Shown here in pieces: positions 30,990 through 41,454 of a stretch of 64,000 nt of DNA. A program made the position numbers and the translations under genes. The DNA is from an uncultured Erysipelotrichaceae bacterium (GTDB lineage: Bacteria > Bacillota_I > Bacilli_A > RF39 > UBA660). Each line of letters opens with the position of its first letter. Positions within the stretch are counted from its first letter, which is position 1. Under the pieces are notes generated by a model. It was not told the origin of the DNA and did not search any database. It saw only the letters and a program-made list of their open reading frames with translations. The stretch covers positions 165,815 through 229,814 of the forward strand of contig CADANX010000002.1 of the NCBI GenBank assembly GCA_902789425.1, in the 5' to 3' direction.

Positions 30990-31529
30990 TTAATAATTTT
31001 CAGCCTTTAATTCAAAATAACTTTGTGGATGATTACATACAGGACATACTTCTGGTGCATATTTACCAATAACTACATGGCCACAATTACGACAAATCCA
31101 AATGGATTCTTCATCTTTAGAGAATACTACTTTATCATCAATATTCTTTAATAATTTTCTAAATCTTTCTTCGTGATGTTTTTCAATTTGACCTACTGCT
31201 CTAAATTTTTCTGCAATATCAGTAAATCCTTCTTCTTCAGCTGTTTTAGCAAACTCTTCATACATATCTGTCCATTCATAGTTTTCACCATCAGCTGCAG
31301 CTTTTAAATTTTCTTCTGTAGATGGAATAGCACCATCATTAAGTAATTTAAACCACATTTTAGCGTGTTCTTTCTCATTTCCAGCTGTTTCTTCAAAAAT
31401 AGCTGCAATTTGCTCATAACCGTCTTTTTTAGCTTTAGATGCGAAATAAGTATATTTATTTCTTGCTTGAGATTCACCTGCAAATGCTTTTAATAAATTT
31501 TCTTCTGTTTTACTACCTTTTAAATTCAT
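30990..31529 (-). CDS. rbr: rubrerythrin
   Basis: Diiron four-helix bundle motifs ([20 protein letters not shown]...EKHHEERF) and C-terminal rubredoxin CRNCG...CPVC. Confidence 0.9.
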   Translation of the reverse strand: MNLKGSKTEENLLKAFAGESQARNKYTYFASKAKKDGYEQIAAIFEETAGNEKEHAKMWFKLLNDGAIPSTEENLKAAADGENYEWTDMYEEFAKTAEEEGFTDIAEKFRAVGQIEKHHEERFRKLLKNIDDKVVFSKDEESIWICRNCGHVVIGKYAPEVCPVCNHPQSYFELKAENY

Positions 31530-31547
31530 AATTCTACCTCCAAAAAT

Positions 31548-31576
31548 ATTATATCATGCAAAACTTTTTAAGTAAA
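31548..31576 (-). promoter_or_regulatory. candidate promoter of rubrerythrin
   Basis: Minus strand reads TTTACT (31571-31576), a 17-nt spacer ending in TG, then TATAAT (TGATATAAT at 31548-31556). Confidence 0.45.
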
Positions 31577-31582
31577 TTACAT

Positions 31583-32626
31583 TTATAAAGATCCTATAAA
31601 AGAATCAAGTGATATTCCATCATTCATTCTAACTCTAGGAAGTGCTAGTTTTTCAAGACCTCTTGATGCTTTACCATAGGCTGTCGTAAAAGCTAAATTA
31701 AACCCTGCTTCTCTAACTATACTAATCGCATTATCGTTTGAATCACCACAAGGATATGCAAGTGCATCGGCATTGCCTAATTTTTCAATAGACAGTTTTA
31801 AATCTTTAACTCCCTCATCATGATTTACACATAGTAATGCACCACCATGTTGTTCACCACATCCTCCATGATGAAGTGAATCAGTATGTGATAAATAATT
31901 AATATAACCTGTATTTTTAAGTTCTTGTTGATATTCCATGCTTGTATCAGTCCAACTAGTTACAACAAACCAATATAACGGCACTTTATATTGAACAGCT
32001 AGTGGATATGCTATTCTATAATTTGATTCTTCACCATCATCAAGCGTTAAAATAACACTTTTACTAGGAAGTTCTATTTTACCATCTAAATACAAATTAA
32101 GTTCTTTCATAGATGGAAAATAATAGTTATTTTCACTTAAATATTTTAATTGCTGTTCAAAAGAACTCTTTCTCATATAGTTTGAATTTGATCCGCTTTC
32201 ACCAGCAGTATCATCATAAAAATAATGATACATTAATACTGGTATACCATCAGTATCAAGATCTGTTACTTCAATAATATTTACTTTTCTTGTTACTTTT
32301 TTATTTCCATATTGATAAGTTATATTTTGTTCACCTACTTTAGATGTATCAATTTTTCCTTTTATTTTAATATCTTTTGACTTATCTTTTTTATTCACTA
32401 TAGCTTTAGCCCCATATTCTTCATATACACCATTTTTTACAATAGTCATTTCTTCACTACCAAGCAATGTTAATTCAGCATTTTCTATAGTTTTATTTTT
32501 TACTTCTTTAACATTAAGTTTATCTTTTTTATTAGTGTTTTTATCTTTATCACCTATATTTATATTAGCTAGTACTAGTACTAATACAACAATTATAAAT
32601 ATTAATAATTTAGTTATTTTTTTCAT
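31583..32626 (-). CDS. membrane-anchored polysaccharide deacetylase (NodB homology domain)
   Basis: N-terminal TM, Ig-like spacer. Catalytic region GIPVLMYH, LTLDDGEESNY, and downstream His motifs (YLSHTDSLHHGG). Confidence 0.75.
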   Translation of the reverse strand: MKKITKLLIFIIVVLVLVLANINIGDKDKNTNKKDKLNVKEVKNKTIENAELTLLGSEEMTIVKNGVYEEYGAKAIVNKKDKSKDIKIKGKIDTSKVGEQNITYQYGNKKVTRKVNIIEVTDLDTDGIPVLMYHYFYDDTAGESGSNSNYMRKSSFEQQLKYLSENNYYFPSMKELNLYLDGKIELPSKSVILTLDDGEESNYRIAYPLAVQYKVPLYWFVVTSWTDTSMEYQQELKNTGYINYLSHTDSLHHGGCGEQHGGALLCVNHDEGVKDLKLSIEKLGNADALAYPCGDSNDNAISIVREAGFNLAFTTAYGKASRGLEKLALPRVRMNDGISLDSFIGSL

Positions 32627-32637
32627 ATAAATCTCCT

Positions 32638-32668
32638 TAAAACAAAAGATAGATTTAATAATCTATCT
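32638..32668 (-). terminator. intrinsic terminator after the 614-aa gene
   Basis: AGATAGAT (32647-32654) / ATCTATCT (32661-32668) hairpin followed on the minus strand by UUUUGUUUU. Confidence 0.65.
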
Positions 32669-34511
32669 AATCTAAAATATATAATCCGTATTTTAATTTA
32701 CCATTGACTGATTTTTTAACAATTATATAATTTCTATTATTTTCTTCATTTGAATATATTTTAAATATTAAATTATCTTTAAGTTTTCTATATTTATTAG
32801 ATTTTGTATTAATTAGTTTTAAATATTTTTTAGATTCATTATTAACAAAAACAATATTTCTAAATGGAACTAAATTTATATTATCAGAACTTTTAGTTAT
32901 TTCTTTATCCCCTAATTTATAAGTATATATTTTACCAGTTTTGATGCTATATACTTTTACATCTTTGTTACCAAACGAATAAACAAAATCATTAGAATAA
33001 GATAATGTATGATTTTTAATTGCTGAATAAACTTCTTCACCTTTTCTATTTACTAATTTATTATTAAACAGATAATAATTATCACTTACTTTTTCAGCTA
33101 AAGTACTATCAGTATTAACCATTTTACCTTTTTGAGTATTATAAATTAGTAACGATTTTTCTTTTTCCTCGCCTAAAAGCAAGAATGAGTCAATTACAGA
33201 TATATAATTTTCTGACTTTTCAATTTCTTTATTCTTTTTATCATATAAAACATATTTATTTTTATATTCTTCATCTTTAGAATTATTTGAATATTTTAAT
33301 ACTTTATATCCATTATTATATTGATGATATTCTGATGCTAATTTATCAGAACCTTCAGTATGGAATAATATAGTACTTTCTTCAGTAGTATATGCATATA
33401 CATACATTAATGAAGTCTTACAATAAGGTTTAGCACATGATACTTGAAAATAAGTTTTTCCATCTAAACTTGGAATTACATTTATTTCTGTATTAAATGC
33501 ACTTGATGTATAATCATATAATTTTCTATATGACTTTTTAGTAGTATTGTATATACCAAATGAATTATTGTTTTTATTATCTACAAATATATTTTCTGTA
33601 AATTCATCAACAATACTTTCTAAATATATATCATATTTATTTGAATCAATATTTTTTTGAATATCACTAATATGATTGTATAAATATGCTTTATTAACAT
33701 CTTTATTTTCTCTACCATTTTTTGCAATAGCATAAATAACTGTTGTATTATTTTCTTTTCTTGCAACTTGCAATGAATCATCATCTTTAATTACATATGT
33801 TGAAAAAGCTTCATTCATTATTTTTTGTTTTGCTATATTAAAGTAATAATATGAATCTTTAGATGCTGATTTAAGTACTAAATAATCATCTCTTTCATCA
33901 GCAACTGTATAACCATCAAGTAAAATCTTACCTGATTTAGATATTATATAGTTATGAGTATCTTTAATACCATATAATATATTTCCATCATTATAACTTT
34001 CAAATTCAGTTATATTTGTTATTATTTCTTTACCTTGATAATTAATTATATTATATACATAATCAATTTTTGCTTCTTTTGTTTCTAAAACTAGATCATC
34101 ATTTATTTTGCTAAGCACACCTTTTGCTTTATATTCTTCTTTTGCATTTTTATTATTAATTGTGTATTCAGCTTTTTTTGAAGATATTTGTTTTTTCATA
34201 AGTAAATATTTTTCACTTAAATAAAATGGTTCTTTTACTTTTTTCTTAGTTTTTTTATAGTCATATCTACCAACTATATTACCATTTTCATTTAATAATT
34301 TCACATAAATAGTATTATTTTTTTCTTCTTCTGCATAAATACTTTTACAATATTTATCAATACATTTAATTGAGTCATATTTATCAGTTAATATTTTTCT
34401 TACATTTACTCTATTTGAATAAAAATAAGATGTAAATAAACCAATTACTAAAACAACACCTACTATTATAAGTACTTGTTTAGATTTTTTGTTTTTTAAT
34501 AATTCTTTCAT
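32667..34511 (-). CDS. hypothetical membrane-anchored extracytoplasmic protein, 614 aa, Tyr/Asn/Lys-rich
   Basis: Single N-terminal TM (VLIIVGVVLVIGLF). Two similar Cys motifs (KCIDKYCKS near aa 50 and SCAKPYCKTS near aa 360). Beta-rich repeat-like sequence. Confidence 0.5.
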   Translation of the reverse strand: MKELLKNKKSKQVLIIVGVVLVIGLFTSYFYSNRVNVRKILTDKYDSIKCIDKYCKSIYAEEEKNNTIYVKLLNENGNIVGRYDYKKTKKKVKEPFYLSEKYLLMKKQISSKKAEYTINNKNAKEEYKAKGVLSKINDDLVLETKEAKIDYVYNIINYQGKEIITNITEFESYNDGNILYGIKDTHNYIISKSGKILLDGYTVADERDDYLVLKSASKDSYYYFNIAKQKIMNEAFSTYVIKDDDSLQVARKENNTTVIYAIAKNGRENKDVNKAYLYNHISDIQKNIDSNKYDIYLESIVDEFTENIFVDNKNNNSFGIYNTTKKSYRKLYDYTSSAFNTEINVIPSLDGKTYFQVSCAKPYCKTSLMYVYAYTTEESTILFHTEGSDKLASEYHQYNNGYKVLKYSNNSKDEEYKNKYVLYDKKNKEIEKSENYISVIDSFLLLGEEKEKSLLIYNTQKGKMVNTDSTLAEKVSDNYYLFNNKLVNRKGEEVYSAIKNHTLSYSNDFVYSFGNKDVKVYSIKTGKIYTYKLGDKEITKSSDNINLVPFRNIVFVNNESKKYLKLINTKSNKYRKLKDNLIFKIYSNEENNRNYIIVKKSVNGKLKYGLYILD

Positions 34512-34569
34512 ATCTATAATCTCCTTATTCTATTATCTTAATTATAGTATAAAAAGCTTATTTATTCAA

Positions 34570-34598
34570 TAAAAAAAAATAGTTTTTGTAAACTATTT
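34570..34598 (-). terminator. intrinsic terminator after efp
   Basis: AATAGTTT (34578-34585) / AAACTATT (34590-34597) hairpin overlapping the TAG stop, followed on the minus strand by a U9 run. Confidence 0.65.
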
Positions 34599-35156
34599 TC
34601 TTGAAACATATTTTCCATCTTTAGTAGAAATGATTATTTCATCACCTTCATTAATAAATAAAGGTACTTTAACTTCTAGATTGTTTTCTAAAGTTGCATC
34701 TTTTTGAGCATTTTGAGTTGTATTACCTTTAACTGCATCTGAAGATGAAATAACTTTATAATCTATTTTTTCAGGTAAATTAATACCTATTAATTCACTT
34801 TGATTAAAGTAAATAAGTTCTACTTCAAGACCTTCTTTTAAATATTTAATATCATCACCAATATTGCTTTCATCAAGTTCAAATGTTTCATATGTTTCTA
34901 AGTCCATAAAATTATATTTTCCGCCAGCTTCATATAAATAACTTGCTTTTTTTCTTTCAATATTAGCTTTTTCTATTTTTATATTAGTATTCATAGTTTT
35001 TTCTAATGTTGTACCAGCTCTTAAATTTTTAAGTTTCATTTTCATAAATGCAGAACCTTTTCCTGGTTTAACATGAAGAAATTCAACTATTTGATATATT
35101 TGACCATCGATAATAACAGTCATACCATTTTTTATATCATTTATATCTATCATCAT
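34593..35156 (-). CDS. efp: elongation factor P
   Basis: DIKNGMTVIIDGQIYQIVEFLHVKPGKGSAFMKMKLKNL with the conserved loop KPGKG. Confidence 0.95.
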   Translation of the reverse strand: MMIDINDIKNGMTVIIDGQIYQIVEFLHVKPGKGSAFMKMKLKNLRAGTTLEKTMNTNIKIEKANIERKKASYLYEAGGKYNFMDLETYETFELDESNIGDDIKYLKEGLEVELIYFNQSELIGINLPEKIDYKVISSSDAVKGNTTQNAQKDATLENNLEVKVPLFINEGDEIIISTKDGKYVSRK

Positions 35157-35157
35157 A

Positions 35158-36015
35158 TTAGATTACCTCCAAATTAGAAATTGTATTATTTATTATTTCT
35201 TTACTTTTATTATATAATTCTTTTTCATCATCATTTAATGAGATACCTTTATATTTAGCACCTTTATTACTTAGTGTAAATATATTTGAAATACATATAT
35301 CATCATGTAAAACAGATACAGGCATATCCATTTCTTCTTCATTTAACAAAATATATGTAATATATGATAAACAAGATCCAATACCAAATGAAGTTTCACC
35401 TTTCAAACTAATTATTTCATATGCTTTTTTATGAATAGTTTCTAAGATTTCATTTTTTTCTTCATTATTTAAATCTATATCAGACCAAATAATTAAACTT
35501 GAATCTCCATGTTCACCAATAACTAATGAATTATTTTCAATATTATATTTATTCTTAAGAATATTTTTAAGTCTAATTGTATCTAAAAAAGTTCCACTAC
35601 CAATAATTTTATTTGAACTTAAATTTAAGAATTTATTAACTAAATAAGTACAAACATCAAGTGGATTTGTAGCAACTAAAACAATACCATTAAAATTAGT
35701 TTTATTTATACTATCACATATTGATTTTATAATAGCTTCATTATTATTAATTAAATCTAATCTTGTTTGCCCTTCTTCCTGATTTCTTCCAGCAGTAATT
35801 GTTATAATATCACAATCATTAATATCATCATAAGTACCAATACTTAGTTTAATATTTTCAATTGTAGCTGAATCAGATAAATCTAAATAGTTTCCTTTTA
35901 ATTTATCAGTATCAGGATCAATTAATACTATTTCATCTACTAAATGTTTATTAATAATTGAATAGCAATAACTCTTTCCAACAAATCCAAGACCTATAAT
36001 AGCAATTTTACTCAT
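35158..36015 (-). CDS. ldh: L-lactate dehydrogenase-like NAD-dependent 2-hydroxyacid dehydrogenase (short, 285 aa)
   Basis: Rossmann KIAIIGLGFVG, substrate loop AGRNQEEGQTRLDL (Gln at the LDH/MDH discriminator position), GSGTFLDTIR, catalytic GEHGDS. Confidence 0.75.
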   Translation of the reverse strand: MSKIAIIGLGFVGKSYCYSIINKHLVDEIVLIDPDTDKLKGNYLDLSDSATIENIKLSIGTYDDINDCDIITITAGRNQEEGQTRLDLINNNEAIIKSICDSINKTNFNGIVLVATNPLDVCTYLVNKFLNLSSNKIIGSGTFLDTIRLKNILKNKYNIENNSLVIGEHGDSSLIIWSDIDLNNEEKNEILETIHKKAYEIISLKGETSFGIGSCLSYITYILLNEEEMDMPVSVLHDDICISNIFTLSNKGAKYKGISLNDDEKELYNKSKEIINNTISNLEVI

Positions 36016-36197
36016 TATTTCTTTTCTTTATGTGCAGTATGTTTTTTACATACAGGACAATATTTATTAATTTCTAATTTATCTGGTGTATTCATTTTAT
36101 TTTTAGAAACAAAATAATTTTCTCTTGAAATTTTAGAATTTTCTTTACAAACACTACATTCTAAAGCAACATAGTTTCTTGCACCTTTCTTTGCCAC
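36015..36197 (-). CDS. rpmG: 50S ribosomal protein L33
   Basis: Zinc ribbon CSVC...CPVCKKHTAHKE. GTG start 7 nt after GGAGGG. Confidence 0.85.
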   Translation of the reverse strand: MAKKGARNYVALECSVCKENSKISRENYFVSKNKMNTPDKLEINKYCPVCKKHTAHKEKK

Positions 36198-36237
36198 TTA
36201 AAATCCCTCCTTTGATTAACTCTTAAATTATACCATA

Positions 36238-38247
36238 TTATTTTAAAATTTCAAATACTTTATTTGATACTCTTTTACTAATATTATAATTTACAGGAGA
36301 AACATAATTACTAACTGATGAATATCTTACATTTGGAGATAATATTACAATAGAAAATTTAGGGTTATCACTTGGTGCATAACCTATAAATGCTTTAGAT
36401 AGTGTTTCAACATCAACATTACCATCTTTATCAATGTCATAAAAGCTTTGTGACGTTCCAGTTTTACCAGATGGATCAGGAACATCTCCCATATATCCGC
36501 TACCAATAGCATTCATTACTTCATGAAATTCTTCTTTAATTCTAGATAAATATTCGAAATTAGCATTAACTTTACCTATTAAAACTGGGTCATTTTTTTT
36601 AATAATTTTTCCAACTTTATCATTATTTGTTCCTTTTCTTACTTCTTTAAGTAGATGAAGTTTATATTTTTCACCATTTTTTGCAATTGCATTAATATAC
36701 TGAAGAATTTGAAAAGATGTATATGTATCATATTGACCAATTGAAAAATCAAGAAGTGTTCCTGGATTATCATTATTTCCTTGTTGACCTGTGCTTTCTA
36801 CTGGTAAATCAATATTAGTTTTTTCACCAAGTCCAAATTCTTTAAAAGTATCTCTGTATTTATTAAAAGCATCTGTAACATCACCTAGTGCAACATTGTA
36901 ATAATAATCTTTACCTGCTACTTTTATAGCTGTTTTAAATTGATATGAATTTGATGAATATGCAATAGCATTTATATCATCTAAATATCCAAGATAAGTC
37001 CAAGAACATTTACTAACAGCACCAGAAATCTTTACACATTCATCACTCATTCTTTCACCAATAGAAATAGCATTATTTTTATATCCTGTCATAATCGATG
37101 CACCTTTTACTATAGAACCTGGCGTGACCGGATTAGTTAAAAGTGATGGCGTATTATCATATATCTTACCATCTTTTATATTTCTTGCAGACATAGCAAG
37201 AATTTCACCAGTATTTGGATCACTAACAATTACCATACTACCATCATATAATGATGTATTTAAATCATTTTTTGCATTCATTATTTCTTCATCTAAAATC
37301 TTATCAATTTCTTTTTGAAGATTTATATCTATTGAAAGGACAATATCATTTCCCCTAACTCCTTTTTTAATTACTTTATAAGTATTATCTTTATTTAATT
37401 TATATATTTCCTTTTCACCTTTTAGATATTTCTCATACTCATACTCTAAATAAGAAGTTCCTACTCTATCATTTAAATTATAACCTTTTTTTAAATAATC
37501 ATCTTTTAGTTCTTTTGGAACTCCAGATTTTTCACTAGAAACAGTTCCGAGTATAACTTTAAAAGTATCACCATACAAATATTTTCTTTCCCAATTAAGT
37601 TTTATATTAACTCCTTTTAATTTATTTAAATTCTCACCAACAAATGCATATTCTCTTTCACTTGCATATTCTTTAATAACTTTTTCATCATAATAATATC
37701 CTTTATTCATTAAATAATAAATGTATGAGGCTTCTTTATCAATATCACCATAACTACTTAACATTTTATCTGTTATTTTACTTAGTTTTAATTGATATAG
37801 TTTTTCATTAGTTATTTTTCTTTCTTTGTATTTATTTCTTTCTTTTTTAGTAATTAGTTTATCTATTTTATTTTTATTATTTAGGTAATAAAAATCTTTT
37901 AATATATTAGTATTTAATAACGAATAATCTACATTTATATTTTTTGCTAAAGTATAAGCTATTTTTATTTTACTTTGAGAACTTTGATTATAAATATTTT
38001 TATAATAAATGGTTTTAACGCCTACATTATCTACAAGCAAATTATAATTTCTATCATAAATTCTACCTCTAGGAGTTGAAGTGCTTTTTGTAGTTTTAAC
38101 AGTTAAATTATCAAGTTTTTTCTTGTATTCATTAGAATTTACTATTTGATTTAAATATAAATTATATGTAATAAACAAAAAATAAAAAAGTAAAAAAATT
38201 AGTATATTTAAAAATCTATGATTAGTTATATCATTTAATTTATTCAT
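36238..38247 (-). CDS. class B penicillin-binding protein (PBP2-type transpeptidase)
   Basis: N-terminal TM and dimerisation domain (RGRIYDRN). Transpeptidase motifs SIVK (SxxK), SSN and KTGT. ATG at 38247 follows GGAGG. Confidence 0.85.
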   Translation of the reverse strand: MNKLNDITNHRFLNILIFLLFYFLFITYNLYLNQIVNSNEYKKKLDNLTVKTTKSTSTPRGRIYDRNYNLLVDNVGVKTIYYKNIYNQSSQSKIKIAYTLAKNINVDYSLLNTNILKDFYYLNNKNKIDKLITKKERNKYKERKITNEKLYQLKLSKITDKMLSSYGDIDKEASYIYYLMNKGYYYDEKVIKEYASEREYAFVGENLNKLKGVNIKLNWERKYLYGDTFKVILGTVSSEKSGVPKELKDDYLKKGYNLNDRVGTSYLEYEYEKYLKGEKEIYKLNKDNTYKVIKKGVRGNDIVLSIDINLQKEIDKILDEEIMNAKNDLNTSLYDGSMVIVSDPNTGEILAMSARNIKDGKIYDNTPSLLTNPVTPGSIVKGASIMTGYKNNAISIGERMSDECVKISGAVSKCSWTYLGYLDDINAIAYSSNSYQFKTAIKVAGKDYYYNVALGDVTDAFNKYRDTFKEFGLGEKTNIDLPVESTGQQGNNDNPGTLLDFSIGQYDTYTSFQILQYINAIAKNGEKYKLHLLKEVRKGTNNDKVGKIIKKNDPVLIGKVNANFEYLSRIKEEFHEVMNAIGSGYMGDVPDPSGKTGTSQSFYDIDKDGNVDVETLSKAFIGYAPSDNPKFSIVILSPNVRYSSVSNYVSPVNYNISKRVSNKVFEILK

Positions 38248-38303
38248 AATTCCTCCATTATTATTTTTAATCATATTATATAAATTAATACATATATTTA
38301 AGT

Positions 38304-38543
38304 ATGAAAGAATTAATAATTAAATATGTTACTAATGAAAATATTTTAAAATTTGCTGAAAAAGAAAATGTAAAACTAAGTACTAATGAAATTTATTTTA
38401 TACACGATTATATATTAAAAAATTATAAAGATATTTTAAATAATAAAATTGATTATGAATTAATAAAAAATAATGTTAACACTAGTGCATATAATAAAAT
38501 TATTTATTTAATTAAAAAATATAAAAAGATTAGTTTTTCCTAA
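38304..38543 (+). CDS. hypothetical small protein, 79 aa
   Basis: One of six plus-strand CDS calls in the window. No motif recognised. Confidence 0.4.
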   Translation: MKELIIKYVTNENILKFAEKENVKLSTNEIYFIHDYILKNYKDILNNKIDYELIKNNVNTSAYNKIIYLIKKYKKISFS

Positions 38544-38547
38544 TCTT
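38526..38547. terminator. hairpin between convergent 79-aa gene and lipoprotein gene
   Basis: AAGATTAG (38526-38533) / CTAATCTT (38540-38547), 8-bp stem. Confidence 0.45.
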
Positions 38548-39019
38548 CTTTTACAAAAAATACAGTATGTGTTTGTTCTTTATATGTATACTTAACAAGT
38601 ACTTTCATCTTACATTTAAAATTACTAAGTTTACCATCATATGGAATATATCCAACAAGTACTAAACCTTCTGGTTTTTTTCCTCTATATAAAGATTTCT
38701 TTTCTTCAAAAATACCCAAACTTGGAAATATATCATCTGTTTGTTTATTATGAATTGCAATTACTTGAAGAGATGATAAATCATATTTAGGATTATCAAT
38801 TATAACTTGATATCTTACTTCATCTTCAGTTATTCTATCGTAAACAACATCTATATCAAATGGTATATCATCAGATGAATAATTTCGTTGTTTTAATTCT
38901 TTAACATATTTTTGATATGTTTGTTTTTCATGTTCTAAATTTGTTTCTTTTTTTACTACTTTACAACCTGTTATAAAAAGGATAAAAGTAATAATAATTA
39001 ATATTTTTCTAAGTTTCAT
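38540..39019 (-). CDS. putative lipoprotein, 159 aa
   Basis: Signal peptide with lipobox LFITGC. Confidence 0.6.
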   Translation of the reverse strand: MKLRKILIIITFILFITGCKVVKKETNLEHEKQTYQKYVKELKQRNYSSDDIPFDIDVVYDRITEDEVRYQVIIDNPKYDLSSLQVIAIHNKQTDDIFPSLGIFEEKKSLYRGKKPEGLVLVGYIPYDGKLSNFKCKMKVLVKYTYKEQTHTVFFVKED

Positions 39020-39675
39020 TTTATTACCTCTGTTAAATAATTTTCTAAAATATTCTTTATTACTACTGGAAGATTTTCTTCATAAACCTCAACTTGTTCA
39101 TCAAATCCATCTTCACTATTAAATACTTTGTCTGTTACCCCTTTTATAATAGTTAAATCAACATTATTCATTTTACATACTTTAGCTACTGCTGCTGATT
39201 CTGTATCAGAAGCAATTATTTCAGTTTCATCTTTTAATTTTAAAAAATCTTTATAAATCATTAATGCTTTATCAGATGTTCCAAGAAGTCCAGTTACATA
39301 ATCATTACCTACAGATACTTTACTTAGTTCAATAATATTTTTTTCTAAAACTAATGGTTGAACTTCTCTAACAGTTAAATCATATTCAACTACTGATGAT
39401 GGCACTATAATATCATTATAATCAAGATCAGAAACTAGTGTACATGTGCCAACTAATATTATCTTTTCAAATTTAAATTTATCAATCATATATTGAATAC
39501 TTGCTGCTGCATTTACTTTTCTTTTTCCTATTTTAAAAAATATAACATCATTATTTTTAAAAACAGTTCTATAAAAACTACCATAAATATATTTTTCAGT
39601 ATATTCGCTGTTTATATTATATAATTCAAGTAAAATTTCCCATTCTTTATTATCACTGACAGCAATACCTATCAT
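39016..39675 (-). CDS. nucleoside phosphorylase superfamily protein (MTA/SAH nucleosidase-like)
   Basis: MIGIAV..., KIGKRKVNAAAS, ILVGTC, SDTESAAVAKVC...IKGVTD parallel the MtnN/Pfs pattern. Confidence 0.55.
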   Translation of the reverse strand: MIGIAVSDNKEWEILLELYNINSEYTEKYIYGSFYRTVFKNNDVIFFKIGKRKVNAAASIQYMIDKFKFEKIILVGTCTLVSDLDYNDIIVPSSVVEYDLTVREVQPLVLEKNIIELSKVSVGNDYVTGLLGTSDKALMIYKDFLKLKDETEIIASDTESAAVAKVCKMNNVDLTIIKGVTDKVFNSEDGFDEQVEVYEENLPVVIKNILENYLTEVIK

Positions 39676-39677
39676 AA

Positions 39678-40232
39678 TTAAGCACCTTCTTTATATCTAG
39701 ATTCAAACAAATCAATTTCTTCATCTAATACTTCAACTTCTTCTTTAAGTTCAGGAAGCTTATCAAGAGAAGCTAAATTAAAATAATCTAAAAATCTATC
39801 TGTTGTTTTATATAAATTAGGTTTACCAGGTTCATCACTTTTACCAGCAACTTCTACAAACCCTTTAGAAACAAGACTTCTTATCATATTAGAAGAATTA
39901 TTACCTCTTATTTTATCAACTGCTATTCTTGTAACAGGTTCATTATAAGCAATAATTGCTAATGTTACAAGTGCAGTTTGTGATAAATTATTACTATTTT
40001 CAAGTGATAGAGCTTCTAAGTACTTTTTATTTTCTTTTTTAGTTACTAATTTATACTTATTACCTAATATTTTAAGTTCAATACCACTATTTTCATCTTT
40101 ATATTTTTCATTTAATTTATCAATTAATTCAGTTACTTTATCAACTTCAATTTCAAGTATATTTGATATATCAATTAAAGTAAGCCCTTCATCACCTATA
40201 GCAAAAAGTATACTTTCAAGTGCACTAATCAT
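39678..40232 (-). CDS. scpB: segregation and condensation protein B
   Basis: LESILFAIGDEGL, LSQTALVTLAIIAYNEPVTRIAVDKIRG, FLDYFNL. ATG at 40232 follows AGAGGTG. Confidence 0.9.
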   Translation of the reverse strand: MISALESILFAIGDEGLTLIDISNILEIEVDKVTELIDKLNEKYKDENSGIELKILGNKYKLVTKKENKKYLEALSLENSNNLSQTALVTLAIIAYNEPVTRIAVDKIRGNNSSNMIRSLVSKGFVEVAGKSDEPGKPNLYKTTDRFLDYFNLASLDKLPELKEEVEVLDEEIDLFESRYKEGA

Positions 40233-40953
40233 TGTTTTCACCTCTTAAATTTACTGTTATTTCGTTAAAATTATTTGATTGTTTAATATCGATTTCACCT
40301 TTTTTAGCCATTTCAAGTATTGATAAAAATGTTACAACAACATATTCTCTTGTTTTTACTTCGAATAGTTCAAAAAAAGATACTTTCTTTTTATTTTTTA
40401 ATATATTTCTAATATCAATAGTTCTATCTGTTACTGATAGTTCTTTTTTAGTTATTTTAGTTTGTTTTGGTTTTTCATCTTCTTTTTCTTTTAAGAATTC
40501 ATTTAATGCATTTAATAAATCAGTTAATGTAATATCACCATTATTTTCTATTTCTTTTTTATATTCACTTAAATCATCTTGTACTTTTGTAAATATTTCT
40601 TTTCTATCGCTTTCCATTTCTTTAAATGTTTCAATCATTTCTTTATATTTAGCAAACTCAAGCATTCTATTAACAAGATTTTCTCTTGGATCTTCTTCAT
40701 ATTCATCATCTTCACCCATTTTTTCTCTAGGTAAAAGCATTCTTGATTTAAGTTCAATTAGTTCAGAGGCCATAACTAAATATTCACTAGCAACATCTAA
40801 ATTTAATTCTTCCATTTTACTTATAAAATCAAGATATTGTTTTGTAATAACTTCTACTTTTATATCATATATGTCCATTTTTGAAGTTTTTACTAAATGT
40901 AGTAATAAATCAAGTGGTCCTTCAAAATCATTTATTATAAAACTATAGTTCAT
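40225..40953 (-). CDS. scpA: segregation and condensation protein A
   Basis: FEGPLDLLLHLV, ASEYLVMASELIELKSRMLLP, FLSILEMAK. ATG at 40953 follows GGAGG. Confidence 0.9.
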   Translation of the reverse strand: MNYSFIINDFEGPLDLLLHLVKTSKMDIYDIKVEVITKQYLDFISKMEELNLDVASEYLVMASELIELKSRMLLPREKMGEDDEYEEDPRENLVNRMLEFAKYKEMIETFKEMESDRKEIFTKVQDDLSEYKKEIENNGDITLTDLLNALNEFLKEKEDEKPKQTKITKKELSVTDRTIDIRNILKNKKKVSFFELFEVKTREYVVVTFLSILEMAKKGEIDIKQSNNFNEITVNLRGENND

Positions 40954-40987
40954 TTTTGCCTCCGTTATTATCAATTATACCATAAAT

Positions 40988-41015
40988 ATTAAAAAAATAA
41001 CACATAGTGTTATTT
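40988..41015 (-). terminator. intrinsic terminator after the 126-aa gene
   Basis: AATAACAC (40996-41003) / GTGTTATT (41007-41014) hairpin followed on the minus strand by a U-run. Confidence 0.55.
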
Positions 41016-41390
41016 AATTATACAAATTAATATAGTAATAAATAGTATAAATACTAATATTGTAAGAAATAAAGCTAAACTAAATCCATAATTTGATTTA
41101 GATGAATAAATCATTTTCATTCTTCTTGCTTTTCTAAATGCTGGATCTGCCATATTTATTTCACTTGTTTTATACTCATTAATTATCTTTTCTCTTGTTT
41201 CTTTATTTGGTGCAACATCTAAAAATGTTATTGTTGATTGAAATATTGGATCTGTTTCCATATATTCTCTTATTTTTATTACTGTTTCATTTACCTCTTC
41301 ATTATTATCAGCACCATTTTTTGAACTGTCTAAATAATTAGAGTATTCTTTTAATAGATTTACTTTTTCTTCTATATCCATATTCTTCAC
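41010..41390 (-). CDS. hypothetical tail-anchored protein, 126 aa
   Basis: Acidic soluble N-terminal part and a single C-terminal TM (FSLALFLTILVFILFITILICII). Confidence 0.5.
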   Translation of the reverse strand: MKNMDIEEKVNLLKEYSNYLDSSKNGADNNEEVNETVIKIREYMETDPIFQSTITFLDVAPNKETREKIINEYKTSEINMADPAFRKARRMKMIYSSKSNYGFSLALFLTILVFILFITILICIIK

Positions 41391-41454
41391 CTACTTTAAT
41401 AATAGTATATCAAATATAGTTGAAATAATCAATTATATAAAGTATAATTTAAAT

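Noticed and set aside
40232-40948. 238-aa plus-strand ORF
   Set aside because: It lies exactly antisense to scpA, which has clear family motifs. Its product is low-complexity (Ser/Phe/Leu/Ile-rich), as expected from reading an AAR/GAR-rich gene backwards. It has no SD, so it is a shadow ORF.
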